A DNA stretch of 61,865 nt, filler included. It is 6 parts of 6 records of this genome, joined end to end, with 100 filler letters (N's around TTAATTAATTAA, not from the genome) between each part and the next. Parts side by side here need not be neighbours in the genome. Positions count along the whole stretch, not along the records: positions 56,420 to 61,865 come from SRR31156797_17428; 5 more parts are not named here. One strand, given 5' to 3'. The notes beneath the pieces were generated by a model. The model searched no databases. It was not told where the DNA came from and saw nothing but the letters and a program-made list of their open reading frames with translations. Of the stretch, positions 60,626 to 61,865 are shown in pieces (positions within the stretch are counted from its first letter, which is position 1; each line of letters opens with the position of its first letter). The translations under genes and the position numbers were made by a program.

Positions 60626-61669
60626 GTGAATAAAGAAGATAAAGCAAAGGTACTTTTTGTTGATGATGAAAAAAATATACTTCATACAATTAAAAGAACC
60701 TTTATAAGGCAGCCGTTCAAAGTGTTTGTAGGAAACTCTGCTGAAGAGGGGCTGAGGATTTTAGAAAAAGAGGAAATAGATGTAGTAGTTTCAGATGTTA
60801 AGATGCCTGAAATGGATGGAATTGAATTTTTAACTGTAGTGAAGGAAAAATATCCAAATGTTAACAGGATAATTTTAAGTGGTTTTGTTGAAAAAATTTA
60901 TGTAATTAATGCAATATTAACCGGTATAGCTTTTACATACTTAACGAAACCTTGGAAAAATGAGGAACTGGTTGATAAATTAAAACACGTAATGAAGATT
61001 AAAAAAATATTACATAGCGAAGATGTGCTTATGAAGATAAATAAAATTGAGAAACTGCCTGATGTTCCAGAGTTATATCAGAAATTTATAGAGGGAGTTG
61101 CAAAGGATGCTTCTATACATGAAATTAGTGATATAATTTCAAAAGATTTAAGTCTGACTACGAAGATACTTCAAATAATAAATTCGGCGTTTTACTCTAC
61201 TGTTAAGATATCTTCACTTGATAAAGCAGTTAGTTTGTTGGGTTTAAATAATCTGAAAAGTATAATTTTTTCAACTATATTTTTAAATGAAAAAGATTAT
61301 TCTGCTAAAGAAAAGAGAGAGTTGCTTAGATTAAATAGTATTTCGTATAAAGTGAATAAAGTTTTGCAAAAAATTTATTTGGTAAAATACAATGAGAGGC
61401 TTCATGAAGATTATAAATCATTAGGTTTATTATATGAGATTGGGAAGCTGATTTTGATAAAAGATTTCAGTGATGAATATTTTGAAATTCATAAAAAACT
61501 AGAGGAAAATAATAGTTGTGATTTTCATGCGAAAGAGATTGAATTAGGAAGAGGAAAATGTACATATAGAGAAATAGGTGCCTATTTTTTACATCTGTGG
61601 AATTTTCCTGAAATCAATGTTACTGCTGCTTTATTTGATATAGAAATGGATCTGTTGAGAGAAGAGTAA
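60626..61669 (+). CDS. Response regulator with HDOD domain (probable frameshift near the 3' end; extension to 61812)
   Basis: FVDDE and SDVKMP receiver; DLSLTTKILQIINSAFY and GLLYEIGKL HDOD motifs. Confidence 0.88.
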   Translation: MNKEDKAKVLFVDDEKNILHTIKRTFIRQPFKVFVGNSAEEGLRILEKEEIDVVVSDVKMPEMDGIEFLTVVKEKYPNVNRIILSGFVEKIYVINAILTGIAFTYLTKPWKNEELVDKLKHVMKIKKILHSEDVLMKINKIEKLPDVPELYQKFIEGVAKDASIHEISDIISKDLSLTTKILQIINSAFYSTVKISSLDKAVSLLGLNNLKSIIFSTIFLNEKDYSAKEKRELLRLNSISYKVNKVLQKIYLVKYNERLHEDYKSLGLLYEIGKLILIKDFSDEYFEIHKKLEENNSCDFHAKEIELGRGKCTYREIGAYFLHLWNFPEINVTAALFDIEMDLLREE

Positions 61670-61815
61670 TTGAAACTTTACATCTTGCTGATAAATTGGT
61701 GAAGTGTTTAGAAAAGAATAGGTTACTGGATTTTTATGAAACATTAGAGTTTAGAAAAAGTGGCTTAAGTAAACAGCAAATTGAAGAATTAAGAAAAGAA
61801 TTGGGGATTTGATCT

Positions 61816-61841
61816 AAGGAGCATTTACATGCTCCTTTTTA
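61816..61841 (+). terminator. Intrinsic terminator
   Basis: AAGGAGCAT-ttac-ATGCTCCTT followed by T run, 3 nt after the alternative-frame stop at 61812. Confidence 0.75.
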
Positions 61842-61865
61842 TATATTGGGAAAGTATAAACTTGT

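Overview
The window is not one locus. It is six unrelated contigs joined by 100-nt N spacers carrying TTAATTAATTAA (7647-7746, 20801-20900, 40792-40891, 47634-47733, 56320-56419). (1) 1-7646: AT-rich Campylobacterota-like chromosome with a truncated triple-SBP/PAS sensor kinase (missed by the ORF track), ppk2, lpxH, greA, tcdA, cheV and the 3' end of argH. (2) 7747-20800: FCB-group-like chromosome with a T9SS-cargo gene split by one in-frame TAG, lpdA, and parA-parB-M23-bactofilin running into a V/A-type ATPase operon. (3) 20901-40791: conjugative plasmid backbone with a short ParA partition pair, an iteron origin, a Rep protein, a virB2-B11/virD4 T4SS and topoisomerase III. Between virB10 and virB11 is a secreted protein with six two-Cys repeats capped by a phage-tail-fibre-type glycine-rich domain. 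(4) 40892-47633: a non-autonomous IS607-like tnpB element that appears to sit between the ribosome-binding site and start codon of an archease-rtcB-rtcA RNA-repair operon. (5) 47734-56319: a one-module C-A-T-R NRPS with a homoserine-like A-domain code directly upstream of metA, plus an orphan binding protein and an HD-GYP regulator. (6) 56420-61865: a phage-like repressor/Cro switch, a diguanylate cyclase and a probably frameshifted REC-HDOD gene. Best leads: the T4SS tail-fibre-like adhesin, the tnpB/archease junction and the NRPS next to metA. Family assignments come from motif recognition by eye; no searches were run.
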